The notes beneath the pieces were generated by a model. It had not been told where the DNA came from, did not search any database, and worked only from the letters and a program-made list of their open reading frames with translations. From Candidatus Omnitrophota bacterium (GTDB lineage Bacteria > Omnitrophota > Gorgyraeia > Gygaellales > JAMWCP01), in contig JAMWCN010000001.1 of assembly GCA_023819505.1 (NCBI GenBank), positions 1 to 47,730 of the forward strand: DNA of 47,730 bases, given 5' to 3'. The translations under genes and the position numbers were made by a program. Positions 18,071 to 29,470 of the stretch are shown here, one piece after another (position 1 is the first letter of the stretch; every line of letters begins with the position of its first letter).

Positions 18071-18099
18071 ATTATATCATCGAAACTTACCTCTGTATA
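18071..18099 (-). promoter_or_regulatory. possible internal promoter upstream of mutM (TATACA-17-TATAAT with TGn)
   Basis: Minus strand reads tataca gaggtaagtttcgatga tataat. It lies in the only sizeable gap (62 nt) of the gene string. AAGGAGAGG SD follows. Confidence 0.3.
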
Positions 18100-18104
18100 T
18101 AATA

Positions 18105-18503
18105 TTATTCTTCAGGAATTATCTTTACCCAGACTTCTCTTGTGCGTGGTCCATCACCTTCACACAAAAAAATTCCCTGCCAGCTCCCAAAACAGAGCTT
18201 GCCATCTTCAACAAATATAATCAAAGATGAACCAAAGATACTTGATTTTATATGACTGTCAGCATTTCCTTCAGTATGAGAATAACTTTTATCAGGTGGA
18301 ACTAATTTAGTCAGTGTCTGGGCGATATCTTCTCTTACTGAAGGATCGTAGTTCTCATTGATGGTAAGTCCAGCAGTTGTATGTGGGCAGAATAAAAAAC
18401 AGATCCCTTCTTTAATCTTACTCTTAGAGACTACTTCTTCAACCTTAGAGGTTATATCTATAAGCTCAATCCTTTTATTTGTTCTTAAGCTTATCCTTTC
18501 CAT
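18105..18503 (-). CDS. YjbQ/UPF0047 family protein (secondary thiamine-phosphate synthase-like)
   Basis: 132 aa. [32 protein letters not shown]. Confidence 0.8.
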   Translation of the reverse strand: MERISLRTNKRIELIDITSKVEEVVSKSKIKEGICFLFCPHTTAGLTINENYDPSVREDIAQTLTKLVPPDKSYSHTEGNADSHIKSSIFGSSLIIFVEDGKLCFGSWQGIFLCEGDGPRTREVWVKIIPEE

Positions 18504-21500
18504 ATCCTTTATTTTTAATTTTGTAGTGATAATTCTGTAAAGAATTTATCTTTAGATCTTTCTTAAGCAAACTCTCAATACCTTTTACTGTTGCTTGAGC
18601 TCCTGAGATAGTAGTGGTATAAGGGATATTGTATAAAATTACCTGCGATCTTATCTTAACTTCATCCTGGCGGGGAATTCTTCCTGAAGGAGTATTTATA
18701 ACTAATTGGATTTTACCATCCTTCATCAGATCTAAAACATTTGGTCTTCCTTCAGCAATCTTGGGTAAGACCTTCGCCTTTATACCATTTTCTTCTAATA
18801 CTTTGGCAGTTCCTGAAGTAGCAAAGAGATTAAAACCTAACTTTCTTAATTTTTGAGCTACTGGAACAATTTTCTCTTTATCACTATCCCTTACCGAAAT
18901 AAATACATTTCCCTTTTTAGGTAAGTTCTGTCCGGCAGCAAGTTGACTCTTTATATAGGCAGAACTAAAATCTTTATCTATACCCATCACCTCACCAGTA
19001 GACTTCATCTCTGGACCCAAAATTATATCTACTCCTGGAAAACGATTAAAGGGAAATACTGATTCTTTCACACTTGTATGTTCAGGAATGATCTCACAAG
19101 TAAAACCCAAATCCTTTAATTTTTTACCCAGCATCACCTTGGTAGCTAACTTTGCTAAAGGAACTCCTATTGCCTTAGAAACAAAAGGGATGGTTCTAGA
19201 GGCACGCGGATTAACCTCTAAGACATAGACCTCATTATCCTTTACTGCATATTGAACATTCATAAGACCCACAATATTTAACTCCTTTGCTAATTTATAG
19301 GTTGCCTGACGGATCTTTTCTAATATCACTTTAGATAAACTATAAGGTGGTAAAGCCATAGCTGAGTCTCCGGAATGAATCCCTGCATACTCAATATGTT
19401 CCATAATTCCACCAACAACAAAGGTTTCTCCATCTCCAATCATATCCACATCTACCTCAATAGCCTCCTCTAAGAATTTATCAATTAAAATCGGATGTTC
19501 TCCAGAAAATTCTTTTGCTTCTTTAATAAATCTTTCTAAAGTTTCTTCATCATAAACAATCTCCATTGCTCTTCCACCTAAAACATAGGAAGGTCTGACT
19601 AAAACCGGATAGCCAACTTCGTTAGCAATCTTTTTTGCCTCTTTGAATGTAAAGGCAGTATCATTTTGGGGTTGTAGAAGGCCTAATTTATGTAAGATCT
19701 GTTTAAAACGCTGGCGATCCTCAGCAATATCAATATCTTCCGCAGTAGTACCTAAAAGCTTTACCCCTGCCTTCTTTAATGGTAAAGCCAAATTTATAGG
19801 GGTCTGGCCTCCAAATTGTACAATTACACCAAGAGGTTTTTCTACCTCTACCACATTTAAGATATCCTCTAAGGTTAAGGGTTCAAAATATAATCTATCT
19901 GATGTATCGTAATCCGTAGAGACAGTTTCAGGATTGCAGTTTATCATAATACTTTCAATTCCTTCTTCTTTTAAAGCATAAGCAGCATGACAACAGCAGT
20001 AATCAAACTCTATCCCTTGGCCAATGCGGTTTGGGCCTCCTCCTAAGATAATTACTTTTTTATTCTTTGTCGCTCTTGATTCTTGTTTGGTTTCATAGGT
20101 AGAATAAAAATAGGGTCTTTCCGCAAGGAATTCTCCGGAACAGGTATCCACAGGTTTAAAGACAGGGATAATTTTATGTTTTTTACGAAAAGCCCGAATA
20201 TCGTTTTCTGTAGAATTAAGTAAATAAGACAGCTGTCTATCTGAAAAACCATCCTGCTTTGCTTTTTTAAGGAGCTCTAAAGGAATCCTTATCTTATCTT
20301 CTTGCTCTTTGTTTTTGAATTTCTTTATCTCTTCTTCCAATTCTACCAACTGTTTTATATTATCAATAAACCATCTATCAATCTTAGAAAGTCTGTAGAT
20401 CTCCTCTGTCGATAAGCCTGCCTTTAATCCATAACGGATATAAAAGATCCTTTCATCATTAGGGATGCGAATTTTATCTTTAATTATCTTTAAAAGGCCA
20501 TTATCAGGATTCTTTAACATCTCATCAGTAATCTTATCTTTACCATCACATCCTAAACCAAAACGTCCGATCTCTTGAGAACGTATCCCTTTTTGCAGTG
20601 CCTCCTTAAAATTTCTACCAATAGACATCGCCTCTCCTACTGCCTTCATGGAGGTGTTGATTATCCGCTCTGCAGAAGGAAATTTCTCAAAGGTAAATCT
20701 ACAGATTTTAAATACACAGTAATCTACTGTGGGCTCAAAAAAAGCAAAAGTTTTGCCTGTAACCTGATTTAAGACCTCAGGAAGAGTTAAACCTACTGCT
20801 AATTTTGTAGCTATCCTGGCAATAGGAAAACCTGTCGCTTTTGAGGCTAAAGCAGAAGAACGACTTAAGCGCGGATTTACTTCAATAATCACTATCTCTC
20901 CATTCTCTGGATTTTGGGCAAACTGGATATTTGCACCTCCTCCAGTTATACCAACTTTACGGATTATTCTTTTACAGAGATTAACAAAATTATTATATTC
21001 TTCTTTGGTTAAAGTTTGAGATGGAGCAACTACCATACTATCTCCAGTATGAACTCCCATAGGATCAACATTTTCCATAGAAGTAACGATAATTACATTA
21101 TCAACGCAGTCCCGCATCACCTCAAATTCAATCTCCTTCCAACCTAAAACTGACTGCTCCACCAATACCTGATGGACAGGTGAGGTCTCCAGACCCTTAA
21201 TGAGAAATTTTTCTAATTCCTCTCTATTGTAGGCAATCGAACCTCCGCTTCCACCTAAACAGTAGGCTGGTCTTAAAATTAAAGGAAAACCAATCTTTAA
21301 ACCTATATTCATACCTTCCTCTACACTATGCGCGATCCCACTTTTAGGAACCTCTATTCCAATCTCCTGCATTGCCTTTTTAAAAAGTTCTCTATCTTCA
21401 GCACAGGAGATAGCAGATACAGATGCACCGATAGATTCTACTCCATATTTTTTTAAGATACCTTCTTTCATTAAGAAGAAGGCTAAGTTTAAACCTGTCT

Positions 21501-21777
21501 GACCACCCAAAGTAGGTAAGATTGCATCAGGACGCTCTTTCTTAATAATCTTGGAAACAAACTCTACAGTTAAAGGTTCAATATAGGTAACATCAGCCAT
21601 CCCTGGATCAGTCATAATCGTAGCAGGATTGGAATTTACCAAAATCGTAAAATAACCTTCTTCTTTTAAGGCCTTGCAGGCCTGAGATCCTGAATAATCA
21701 AACTCGCAGGCCTGGCCAATAATAATAGGACCAGAACCGATTATAAGGATCTTTTTGATATCTTTACGCTTGGGCAT
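18475..21777 (-). CDS. carB: carbamoyl-phosphate synthase large subunit
   Basis: 1100 aa. Duplicated ATP-grasp halves ([21 protein letters not shown]... and [21 protein letters not shown]...), plus a C-terminal MGS-like domain. Confidence 0.97.
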   Translation of the reverse strand: MPKRKDIKKILIIGSGPIIIGQACEFDYSGSQACKALKEEGYFTILVNSNPATIMTDPGMADVTYIEPLTVEFVSKIIKKERPDAILPTLGGQTGLNLAFFLMKEGILKKYGVESIGASVSAISCAEDRELFKKAMQEIGIEVPKSGIAHSVEEGMNIGLKIGFPLILRPAYCLGGSGGSIAYNREELEKFLIKGLETSPVHQVLVEQSVLGWKEIEFEVMRDCVDNVIIVTSMENVDPMGVHTGDSMVVAPSQTLTKEEYNNFVNLCKRIIRKVGITGGGANIQFAQNPENGEIVIIEVNPRLSRSSALASKATGFPIARIATKLAVGLTLPEVLNQVTGKTFAFFEPTVDYCVFKICRFTFEKFPSAERIINTSMKAVGEAMSIGRNFKEALQKGIRSQEIGRFGLGCDGKDKITDEMLKNPDNGLLKIIKDKIRIPNDERIFYIRYGLKAGLSTEEIYRLSKIDRWFIDNIKQLVELEEEIKKFKNKEQEDKIRIPLELLKKAKQDGFSDRQLSYLLNSTENDIRAFRKKHKIIPVFKPVDTCSGEFLAERPYFYSTYETKQESRATKNKKVIILGGGPNRIGQGIEFDYCCCHAAYALKEEGIESIMINCNPETVSTDYDTSDRLYFEPLTLEDILNVVEVEKPLGVIVQFGGQTPINLALPLKKAGVKLLGTTAEDIDIAEDRQRFKQILHKLGLLQPQNDTAFTFKEAKKIANEVGYPVLVRPSYVLGGRAMEIVYDEETLERFIKEAKEFSGEHPILIDKFLEEAIEVDVDMIGDGETFVVGGIMEHIEYAGIHSGDSAMALPPYSLSKVILEKIRQATYKLAKELNIVGLMNVQYAVKDNEVYVLEVNPRASRTIPFVSKAIGVPLAKLATKVMLGKKLKDLGFTCEIIPEHTSVKESVFPFNRFPGVDIILGPEMKSTGEVMGIDKDFSSAYIKSQLAAGQNLPKKGNVFISVRDSDKEKIVPVAQKLRKLGFNLFATSGTAKVLEENGIKAKVLPKIAEGRPNVLDLMKDGKIQLVINTPSGRIPRQDEVKIRSQVILYNIPYTTTISGAQATVKGIESLLKKDLKINSLQNYHYKIKNKGYGKDKLKNK

Positions 21778-21784
21778 AGAGAAT

Positions 21785-22849
21785 TTAACTCCTTTCTATT
21801 TCTTTAACAAACCTCTCAAAAACAGGATGTGTTTCTTCAAATCCTGGACTTAAAGGCAGATACTGAACACCAATAAATTTATATTTTTTACTTTCTATCT
21901 CTTCAGCTGTATTATCGTTTAGATTAAAGGCAGTTATCTTTATATCTTTATCTAAAGAATCCTTATCAATAGTATAGCTATGATTCTGGGTGGTAATTTC
22001 TCCTTTTAATGAATCAATTCTTTTTATGGGATAATTTAGGCCATGATGACCTAATTTCATCCTTAATAATTTTGCTCCTGAAGCCCTTGCTAAAACCTGA
22101 CAACCAGTAGAGATACCCATTAGAGGAATTTTTCCTAAAAGAGATTTTAAATTTTCGATTACTTTTTCTAAGCCTATATCTTCCTCTGGACCTGAAGAAA
22201 TAATTAAACCCTGGGGTTTTAATTTTAAAATTTCTTGTGGTTTAGTATCAAAAGGTAGAATCACCAAAGAAAATCCTAATTTTTTCAATTGATTTAAAAT
22301 ACCATTGGTTATTCCTAAATCTAAGATGGCTATTTTCCCAGACCCTCCTTTAATAATCTTTGGTTTCTTTACTGAAATCTCAGGTAGAATACTTCTTTTG
22401 GGTTTCTTGCGAAATTCTTTAATTTTAGAAACTAGATACTTTTTATTAAAACTATCTGTAGAGATAATCCCCCAAAGAGTACCTTTTTCTCTTAGATGAA
22501 CTATCAGTGAACGCGTATCCACGCTTGTTAAGATAAAAAATTTATTTCTTTTTGCGAATTCCTCTAAGCTTAAATTTGCCTGCCAGTTAGAATATATCCG
22601 TGAAAGTTCCTTAATCACCAGGGCCTTAACCCAAACCCTGCTTGACTCATTAAACTTATCATTACAGCCATAATTACCAATCAAAGGATAGGTTAAAACC
22701 AGAATTTTATCTGCATTAGCAGGATCCGTGATAAATTCCTGATAACCTACTACCCCTGTATTAAAGACTAATTCACCCACAGTTTCTATCTTACTTTTTG
22801 CCTCGCCAAAGAAGTAGTTGCCGTCTTCTAACACCAGAATTGCTTTCAA
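21785..22849 (-). CDS. carA: carbamoyl-phosphate synthase small subunit homologue with degenerate glutaminase active site
   Basis: TTG start 5 nt after AGGAGG. N-terminal domain is canonical ([32 protein letters not shown]). The amidotransferase motifs read GISTGCQ and VQYLPLSPG instead of GICLGHQ and FQGHPEASPG. Confidence 0.88.
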   Translation of the reverse strand: MKAILVLEDGNYFFGEAKSKIETVGELVFNTGVVGYQEFITDPANADKILVLTYPLIGNYGCNDKFNESSRVWVKALVIKELSRIYSNWQANLSLEEFAKRNKFFILTSVDTRSLIVHLREKGTLWGIISTDSFNKKYLVSKIKEFRKKPKRSILPEISVKKPKIIKGGSGKIAILDLGITNGILNQLKKLGFSLVILPFDTKPQEILKLKPQGLIISSGPEEDIGLEKVIENLKSLLGKIPLMGISTGCQVLARASGAKLLRMKLGHHGLNYPIKRIDSLKGEITTQNHSYTIDKDSLDKDIKITAFNLNDNTAEEIESKKYKFIGVQYLPLSPGFEETHPVFERFVKEIERS

Positions 22850-23309
22850 AATTACCTCCTTTTAAAATCTGTTTTATTTTTATAATTAGCTCTTCAAGGG
22901 AATTTACTTTAATTACTCCCTTTATATCCCAGGATCTAAAACTAATTACAGGAATACCAAATTGTAAACAATAAGCAATCTCAGAAAGAGTTCCATATTC
23001 ACCAGGAAGAGCTACCACCACATCCGCAGTCTTTACTACCAAGACATTTCTTGCCAAACCCAATCCAGAAGGAATTACAATATCTACATAAGGATTGGCA
23101 TCATTTTTATCATAACCTGGTATAATTCCTATAGTTACACCACCTTTAGATTTAAATCCTTTACAAACCGCCTTCATTACTCCACCTAAACCGCCGCAAA
23201 CTAAAAAATCCGCCACTTTTGCCAAATTTTTGCCTAATTCTTGAGCTAATTTCTCCACTTCTTTTGAACAATTTCTTCCTCCTACTATCCCCACAATCCA
23301 CTTACGCAT
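22791..23309 (-). CDS. TIGR00725 / LOG-like (SLOG Rossmann) family protein
   Basis: IVGIVGG..., LVCGGLGGVMKAVCKG, LPGEYGTLSEI (PGGxGTxxE-like). The 3' end overlaps carA by 59 nt. Confidence 0.65.
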   Translation of the reverse strand: MRKWIVGIVGGRNCSKEVEKLAQELGKNLAKVADFLVCGGLGGVMKAVCKGFKSKGGVTIGIIPGYDKNDANPYVDIVIPSGLGLARNVLVVKTADVVVALPGEYGTLSEIAYCLQFGIPVISFRSWDIKGVIKVNSLEELIIKIKQILKGGNFESNSGVRRRQLLLWRGKK

Positions 23310-23348
23310 AATCTTTCTTTTTGTTCGCCTCCTCTAAGATTTATTCTC

Positions 23349-23421
23349 ATGCGCCTGGCAGGAGTTGAACCTGCACACATGGCTCCGGAGGCCATTGCGC
23401 TATCCATTGCGCTACAGGCGC
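23349..23421 (-). tRNA. tRNA-Arg (anticodon CCG), no encoded CCA
   Basis: Reverse complement folds as GCGCCTG/TA/GCGC-loop-GCGC/A/ATGGC-CTCCGGA-GCCAT/GTGT/GCAGG-TTCAACT-CCTGC/CAGGCGC/A. Confidence 0.9.
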
Positions 23422-23444
23422 CTATTTGAAAACTTTTTGTCTTT

Positions 23445-24683
23445 CTAAAACAAACTCAATTGCTTATCCTCTTTTGTGTCTTTCTCTTCATCACCAAATA
23501 TAGAAATTCTCCCATATTCACCATCAAAACCAGGCTTTATATTTATTTTTCCTTTACGCATCCTAATAATTCCTTCTGCTATTTTCGAAGGTAAACTTTT
23601 AATTAAATCTTCTTCTGAAACCTTAATTAAAATTTCAAATTCGCTGCCAAACTTCGCTACAAAACTTCGATAATCCCTTTCTACCGAAAGAGCACCTTTG
23701 GCAATACCTTTTGCTTCAGCAATAATCTCATCTAGAGGAATTAAATTTTTAAATGGTATAGCATCTTGGGGAACAAAACCTTGGGGTCTATCCGCAAGCT
23801 GTTCTACTCTATTCATCACTCCCACAGTTACAGGCCTATTACATTTTGGGCATATACCTTTATGCTCCTTAGTCTCTTGAGGTGACCACCTTATCCCACA
23901 AAGTCTATGTCCATCAAAATGGTATTTTCCTTCTTCAGGGAAAAATTCAATTGTATATAAAAATCTCTCTCTGTCCTTTGTCTTTAGAACCTGGAGGATA
24001 GTTTTATAATCCAATTCACAGTTAAAAACATTTGCTTCTCTACCAATCCTCTGTGGAGAATGACTATCAGAGTTTGAGATTAAAGTAATTCTATCTAAAC
24101 TACTTAAACGCCAATTCATTTTAGGATCGCTAGATAGACCTGTTTCACAGGCAAATATTTTAGAACTCTGCTCTTCAAAACAATCCTCTAATTTATCAAA
24201 TCCCGACATAGAACCGAATAGACTAAACCAAGGAGTCCAGATATGGCTGGGTATCAAAATACAATTCTCATCGATATCAAAAATAATCCTAGCTAATTCT
24301 GATGAATCTATACCTAAAATTGGTCTACCGTCGGAGGAGAGATTTCCATAGCGTGATAAAGTATCATTTATTCTATCTACAGTTTTAAAAGAAGGAGAAA
24401 ATATAATGTTGTGTATACGATAGGTTCTTCCTTTTTTAGAATAGATACTGGAAATTTCCGCAGTCAAAATAAAATAGGTATCTTTAAATTTAAAAAGACC
24501 GTTTCCTAAATCCTCTAAATTCTTCTTTAACTCTTCCAACCAAAGATGGTGGGTAAAATCTCCTGTTCCTACAAGCGCGATCCCTTTAAGGTATGCCCAT
24601 TCAGCGATGTGGTTCAAATCCATATCAGGTGATGTTGCTCGACTGTATTTTGAATGGATATGAAAATCAGCGATAAATTCCAT
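23445..24683 (-). CDS. endonuclease Q-like PHP phosphoesterase with Zn ribbon (COG1379/TIGR00375)
   Basis: FIADFHIHSKYSRA, VGTGDFTHHLW, IPSHIWTPW, SNSDSHSPQRIGREANVF, Zn ribbon CPKCNRPVTVGVMNRVEQL. Confidence 0.7.
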   Translation of the reverse strand: MEFIADFHIHSKYSRATSPDMDLNHIAEWAYLKGIALVGTGDFTHHLWLEELKKNLEDLGNGLFKFKDTYFILTAEISSIYSKKGRTYRIHNIIFSPSFKTVDRINDTLSRYGNLSSDGRPILGIDSSELARIIFDIDENCILIPSHIWTPWFSLFGSMSGFDKLEDCFEEQSSKIFACETGLSSDPKMNWRLSSLDRITLISNSDSHSPQRIGREANVFNCELDYKTILQVLKTKDRERFLYTIEFFPEEGKYHFDGHRLCGIRWSPQETKEHKGICPKCNRPVTVGVMNRVEQLADRPQGFVPQDAIPFKNLIPLDEIIAEAKGIAKGALSVERDYRSFVAKFGSEFEILIKVSEEDLIKSLPSKIAEGIIRMRKGKINIKPGFDGEYGRISIFGDEEKDTKEDKQLSLF

Positions 24684-25133
24684 CTATATACCTATCTCCT
24701 CTAAGATCTTAGTAACATTTCCCCAATGCGTTCCCTGCCAGTAGGTCCTACCACAACTTTTACAGGTATAAAAATTATTCTGTGTCTGAAATACATACTC
24801 AGGGACTTTTCCTTTTACTTTCTCTTTCTCAATATGATCCAATTCTAAATTACAGATCACACATCTACTAAACATCTTCTCCTCATCTATCTTAAATAAC
24901 TCCAAAACTTCCCGCAGTTGTCCTTTCAGATTATCACTTTTTATATTTATTATCCTTGGACCTCTTATTTTAGCCAAACGCTGATTACGGGTTAAAATTA
25001 TGCGCTCCTCCCTTAAACTGGTAAGTAAAAGCAAACCTTTATTTTCTTCTTTAAAATAAATTGTATCAAAACCTAATATCCTTAACCACTTGGCAAGTCT
25101 ACCCAGTTCTTTTGTAAGAATAAATTTTATCAC
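24684..25133 (-). CDS. Mut7-C (DUF82, PIN-like plus Zn ribbon) domain protein
   Basis: ELGRLAKWLRILGFDT, IILTRNQRL, C-terminal ribbon RCVICN...YTCKSCGRTYWQGTHW. The stop TAG directly abuts the EndoQ ATG. Confidence 0.7.
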   Translation of the reverse strand: MIKFILTKELGRLAKWLRILGFDTIYFKEENKGLLLLTSLREERIILTRNQRLAKIRGPRIINIKSDNLKGQLREVLELFKIDEEKMFSRCVICNLELDHIEKEKVKGKVPEYVFQTQNNFYTCKSCGRTYWQGTHWGNVTKILEEIGI

Positions 25134-25137
25134 TTAC

Positions 25138-26395
25138 TTAAAAAGGATAAATAATTTTACCTTTATAGATTGTATACTCAACCTTTCCTTTTAAACGCAT
25201 CCCTAAAAATGCAGAATTTTTAGAAAGGCTTAAAAAATCATCTTTTTTTACCACCCATTCTTTGGAAGGATCCAATATTATCAATTCCGCAGGCTTACCT
25301 ATTGCCAAAGTTCCTTTATCTATTTTTAAAATCTTACTAGGATTGATACAGAAAAGTTCTACTAATTTACACCAGTCAATCAGACCAGGTTCTACTAGAT
25401 ATGTGATTGCTACTGCCAGTTCTGTCTCTAACCCAATTGTTCCGAATTCAGCATTTTCAAACTCAACCTCTTTCTCATGTTCGGTATGGGGTGCATGGTC
25501 TGAAGCGATACAGTCAATGATACCTTCTTTTAAAGCCTCTTTAATAGCTAAAAGATCCTCTTTTTTTCTCAAAGGAGGATTTACTTTTTTGTTAGTATCG
25601 AAATTTAAAAGTTCTTCCTCCGTCAAAGAGAAATAATGGGGAGCGGTATCGCAGGTAACTCTTATACCTTCTTTTTTAGCTTTAGCGATCAGATCCACCG
25701 ATTCTTTACAACTTACATGGGTGATATGGATAGGTGCATTTATCTTCTTAGATAATTTTATATCCCTCTCTACCCTTCTATACTCTGCTTCCTTAGGAAT
25801 ACCTCTTAACCCTAAACGTGTAGAGATAACCCCTAAATTTACCATCCCTTTTGAAGAGAGACTTTTATCTTCACAATGAAGGAGCAAAAGTAGATCTTTT
25901 TCTTTTGCCTCCTGCATCGCTTTAAGAAGCAAATTTTCATCATCTACAGATGAACCATCATCGGTGATGGCTACAACCCCTTCTTTTTTTAAAGCTTCAA
26001 AATCTACTAAAACTTTTCCTTCTCTTCTTAAAGTAATAGTAGAGGCGATTAATACATCTATTCGGGCTGTCCTTTTAATCCTTTCTTTTAATAATCTTAC
26101 CGCTTCTGGAGAATCTATGGCAGGATCAGTATTAGGCATAACTAAGATTGTGGTTATTCCCCCTTTGCTGGCAGCTTCTGTTCCAGTAAGAATTGTCTCT
26201 TTGTCTTCTCTACCCGGCTCTCTTAGATGCACATGTAAATCTATTAGAGCAGGCATAACTATTCTATCTTTGGCGGAAATAATATTATCTACATTTTCTT
26301 CTATTTTTTTATTTATTTTTTTAATGATGCCTTCCTCAATTAAAATATCTGCTTCTCCTATCAAATTATTAACTGGATCAACGATATAACCTTCT

Positions 26396-26412
<17 letters not shown>
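25138..26412 (-). CDS. pyrC: dihydroorotase
   Basis: [27 protein letters not shown]. Confidence 0.94.
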
Positions 26413-27882
<1,470 letters not shown>

Positions 27883-27884
27883 TT

Positions 27885-27916
27885 AAAAAAAATCCCAACC
27901 TTACTTATAGGTTGGG
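27885..27916 (-). terminator. intrinsic terminator of the pyrR leader (attenuator)
   Basis: RNA reads cccaaccu-auaagua-agguuggg followed by auuuuuuuu, ending 8 nt before the pyrR ATG. Confidence 0.75.
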
Positions 27917-27959
27917 CATTTATTTTTAATAATTATTGTATTCATCTTCTTTTACCTTT

Positions 27960-27978
27960 CTGGCCTCTCCTGGACCAG
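27960..27978 (-). promoter_or_regulatory. PyrR-binding-loop-like hairpin
   Basis: RNA CUGGUCCAGGAGAGGCCAG resembles the PyrR box consensus ARUCCAGAGAGGYU, with one extra G. It forms a 6-bp stem with a purine-rich loop. Confidence 0.6.
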
Positions 27979-27995
27979 TTTAAAGGTTCTTTTAA

Positions 27996-28024
27996 AAAAT
28001 ACCATATAGATATAATTTTGTCAA
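27996..28024 (-). promoter_or_regulatory. pyr operon promoter (TTGACA-17-TATTTT with TGn)
   Basis: Minus strand reads ttgaca aaattatatctatatgg tatttt. The -35 overlaps the stop codon of the upstream methyltransferase gene. Confidence 0.45.
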
Positions 28025-28815
28025 GATAAAGTTATCTTTTTAGGAATAGCTAATATCGATCCCCATACACCATTTTTTTCTGGCCAACCCTTTTCTATAT
28101 TTAAAATAGGAGGTAAGTTTTCATTAATCCTTTGGAGGTGATAGCCTCTTTCACTAAACCATTTACCTACAGATAAATCTTCTTCTGGTGTATGCAAATC
28201 TACAATAAAATAGGGCCTAAAATTTCTTACAGTTTGTTCTGCACCTTTTAATATCTTGGCTTCTGCACCTTCTGTATCTATCTTTATTAAAGAAACTTTT
28301 TCCAATTTTAATTCCCTTATAAGGGAATCTAATGTTTTTATTAAGATTTTATTTCCCTTATATGAAGATAAATTTTCTTTAATATATTCAAAAAGAATAC
28401 CATGGGGATGATGAGGTTTACTTAAAATTATTCCCTCTCCATCCGTATCACCTACAGCGATATTTAAAGTTATCACGTTCTTACAGTAATTCTTTTGGAG
28501 ATGCCATTTTAATTCCTCAAAAGCTAAATTGTAAGGTTCAATGGCTATGACTTTACCCTGATTGCCTACAATTCGAGAAAAATATAAAGTATGTACACCC
28601 CAATTAGCTCCTACATCAATTACTACATCCCCTTCTTTTAGAATTTCTCTAAATCTTTTCTGGTGCCAGCGCTCAACATCAGAATAGATTGCCATCAATT
28701 GGGTAAAAATACTTACCCTAAATTGCATCCCCTTCAAAGGACCAAAAAGGATCCGGTGTATAGAACCTTCTCTATAATACCATTTAATTATTTTCTTAAA
28801 TAAATTATCTCTCAT
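28021..28815 (-). CDS. FkbM-family SAM-dependent methyltransferase
   Basis: VIDVGANWGVHTLYFS, VIAIEP, IKIDTEGAEAKILKGA. Confidence 0.75.
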   Translation of the reverse strand: MRDNLFKKIIKWYYREGSIHRILFGPLKGMQFRVSIFTQLMAIYSDVERWHQKRFREILKEGDVVIDVGANWGVHTLYFSRIVGNQGKVIAIEPYNLAFEELKWHLQKNYCKNVITLNIAVGDTDGEGIILSKPHHPHGILFEYIKENLSSYKGNKILIKTLDSLIRELKLEKVSLIKIDTEGAEAKILKGAEQTVRNFRPYFIVDLHTPEEDLSVGKWFSERGYHLQRINENLPPILNIEKGWPEKNGVWGSILAIPKKITLS

Positions 28816-28816
28816 T

Positions 28817-29470
28817 TCAAATTACTACCACAAATTCGCCCTTTGGTTTCTTCAAAGAAAAATCTTCGATGAGCTTACTTACGTAGTTCCTTTTTATCTC
28901 CTCAAATTTTTTAGTCAATTCCCTTAGCACCACAATCTCTTTCTCACCAAATATCTCTTCTATATCTTTTAAGGTAGCCAATATCCGGTGGCAGGATTCA
29001 TAAAAAACAACCGTAGAATCCAAATCTTTTATTTTTATCAGATAATTTCTTCTGGCAATTTTTTTGCGGGGCAGAAATCCTGCAAAGAAAAATTTATGCG
29101 TTGGCTTCCCGGATAAAACTAAAGCAGAAATCAAGGCAACCGGCCCAGGAATGGCAGTAATAGGGATATTATTTTTTATAGCTAAATTTATTAAGTTATA
29201 ACCTGGATCTAGTATCCCAGGAGTTCCTGCATCAGAAACTAAAGCGATATCCTTTCCTTCCTTCAAAAGTCTAATTAGATAATCTGCCTTTACAAACCTG
29301 TTATGCTGATAGAAACTACAGGTCTGTGTTTTAATTCCATAATGGTCTAATAAAATCTTTGTATGTCTGGTGTCCTCACAGGCGATTAAATTTACACTCT
29401 TTAAAACCTCCAAAGCGCGTAAGGAAATATCCTTTAAATTACCGATGGGAGTAGAAACTATATAAAGCAT
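28817..29470 (-). CDS. rsmI: 16S rRNA (cytidine1402-2'-O)-methyltransferase
   Basis: MLYIVSTPIGNLKDISLRALEVL, IACEDTRHT, SDAGTPGILDPG. Confidence 0.88.
   Translation of the reverse strand: MLYIVSTPIGNLKDISLRALEVLKSVNLIACEDTRHTKILLDHYGIKTQTCSFYQHNRFVKADYLIRLLKEGKDIALVSDAGTPGILDPGYNLINLAIKNNIPITAIPGPVALISALVLSGKPTHKFFFAGFLPRKKIARRNYLIKIKDLDSTVVFYESCHRILATLKDIEEIFGEKEIVVLRELTKKFEEIKRNYVSKLIEDFSLKKPKGEFVVVI

Noticed and set aside
24684-25133. Idea that the PIN-like Mut7-C protein could be the protein-only RNase P (HARP) compensating for the missing rnpA
   Set aside because: HARP belongs to a different PIN subgroup (PIN_5/UPF0278, about 190 aa) without a Zn ribbon. This protein has the DUF82 architecture and apparently lacks two PIN acidic residues. 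Nothing in the sequence supports the idea.
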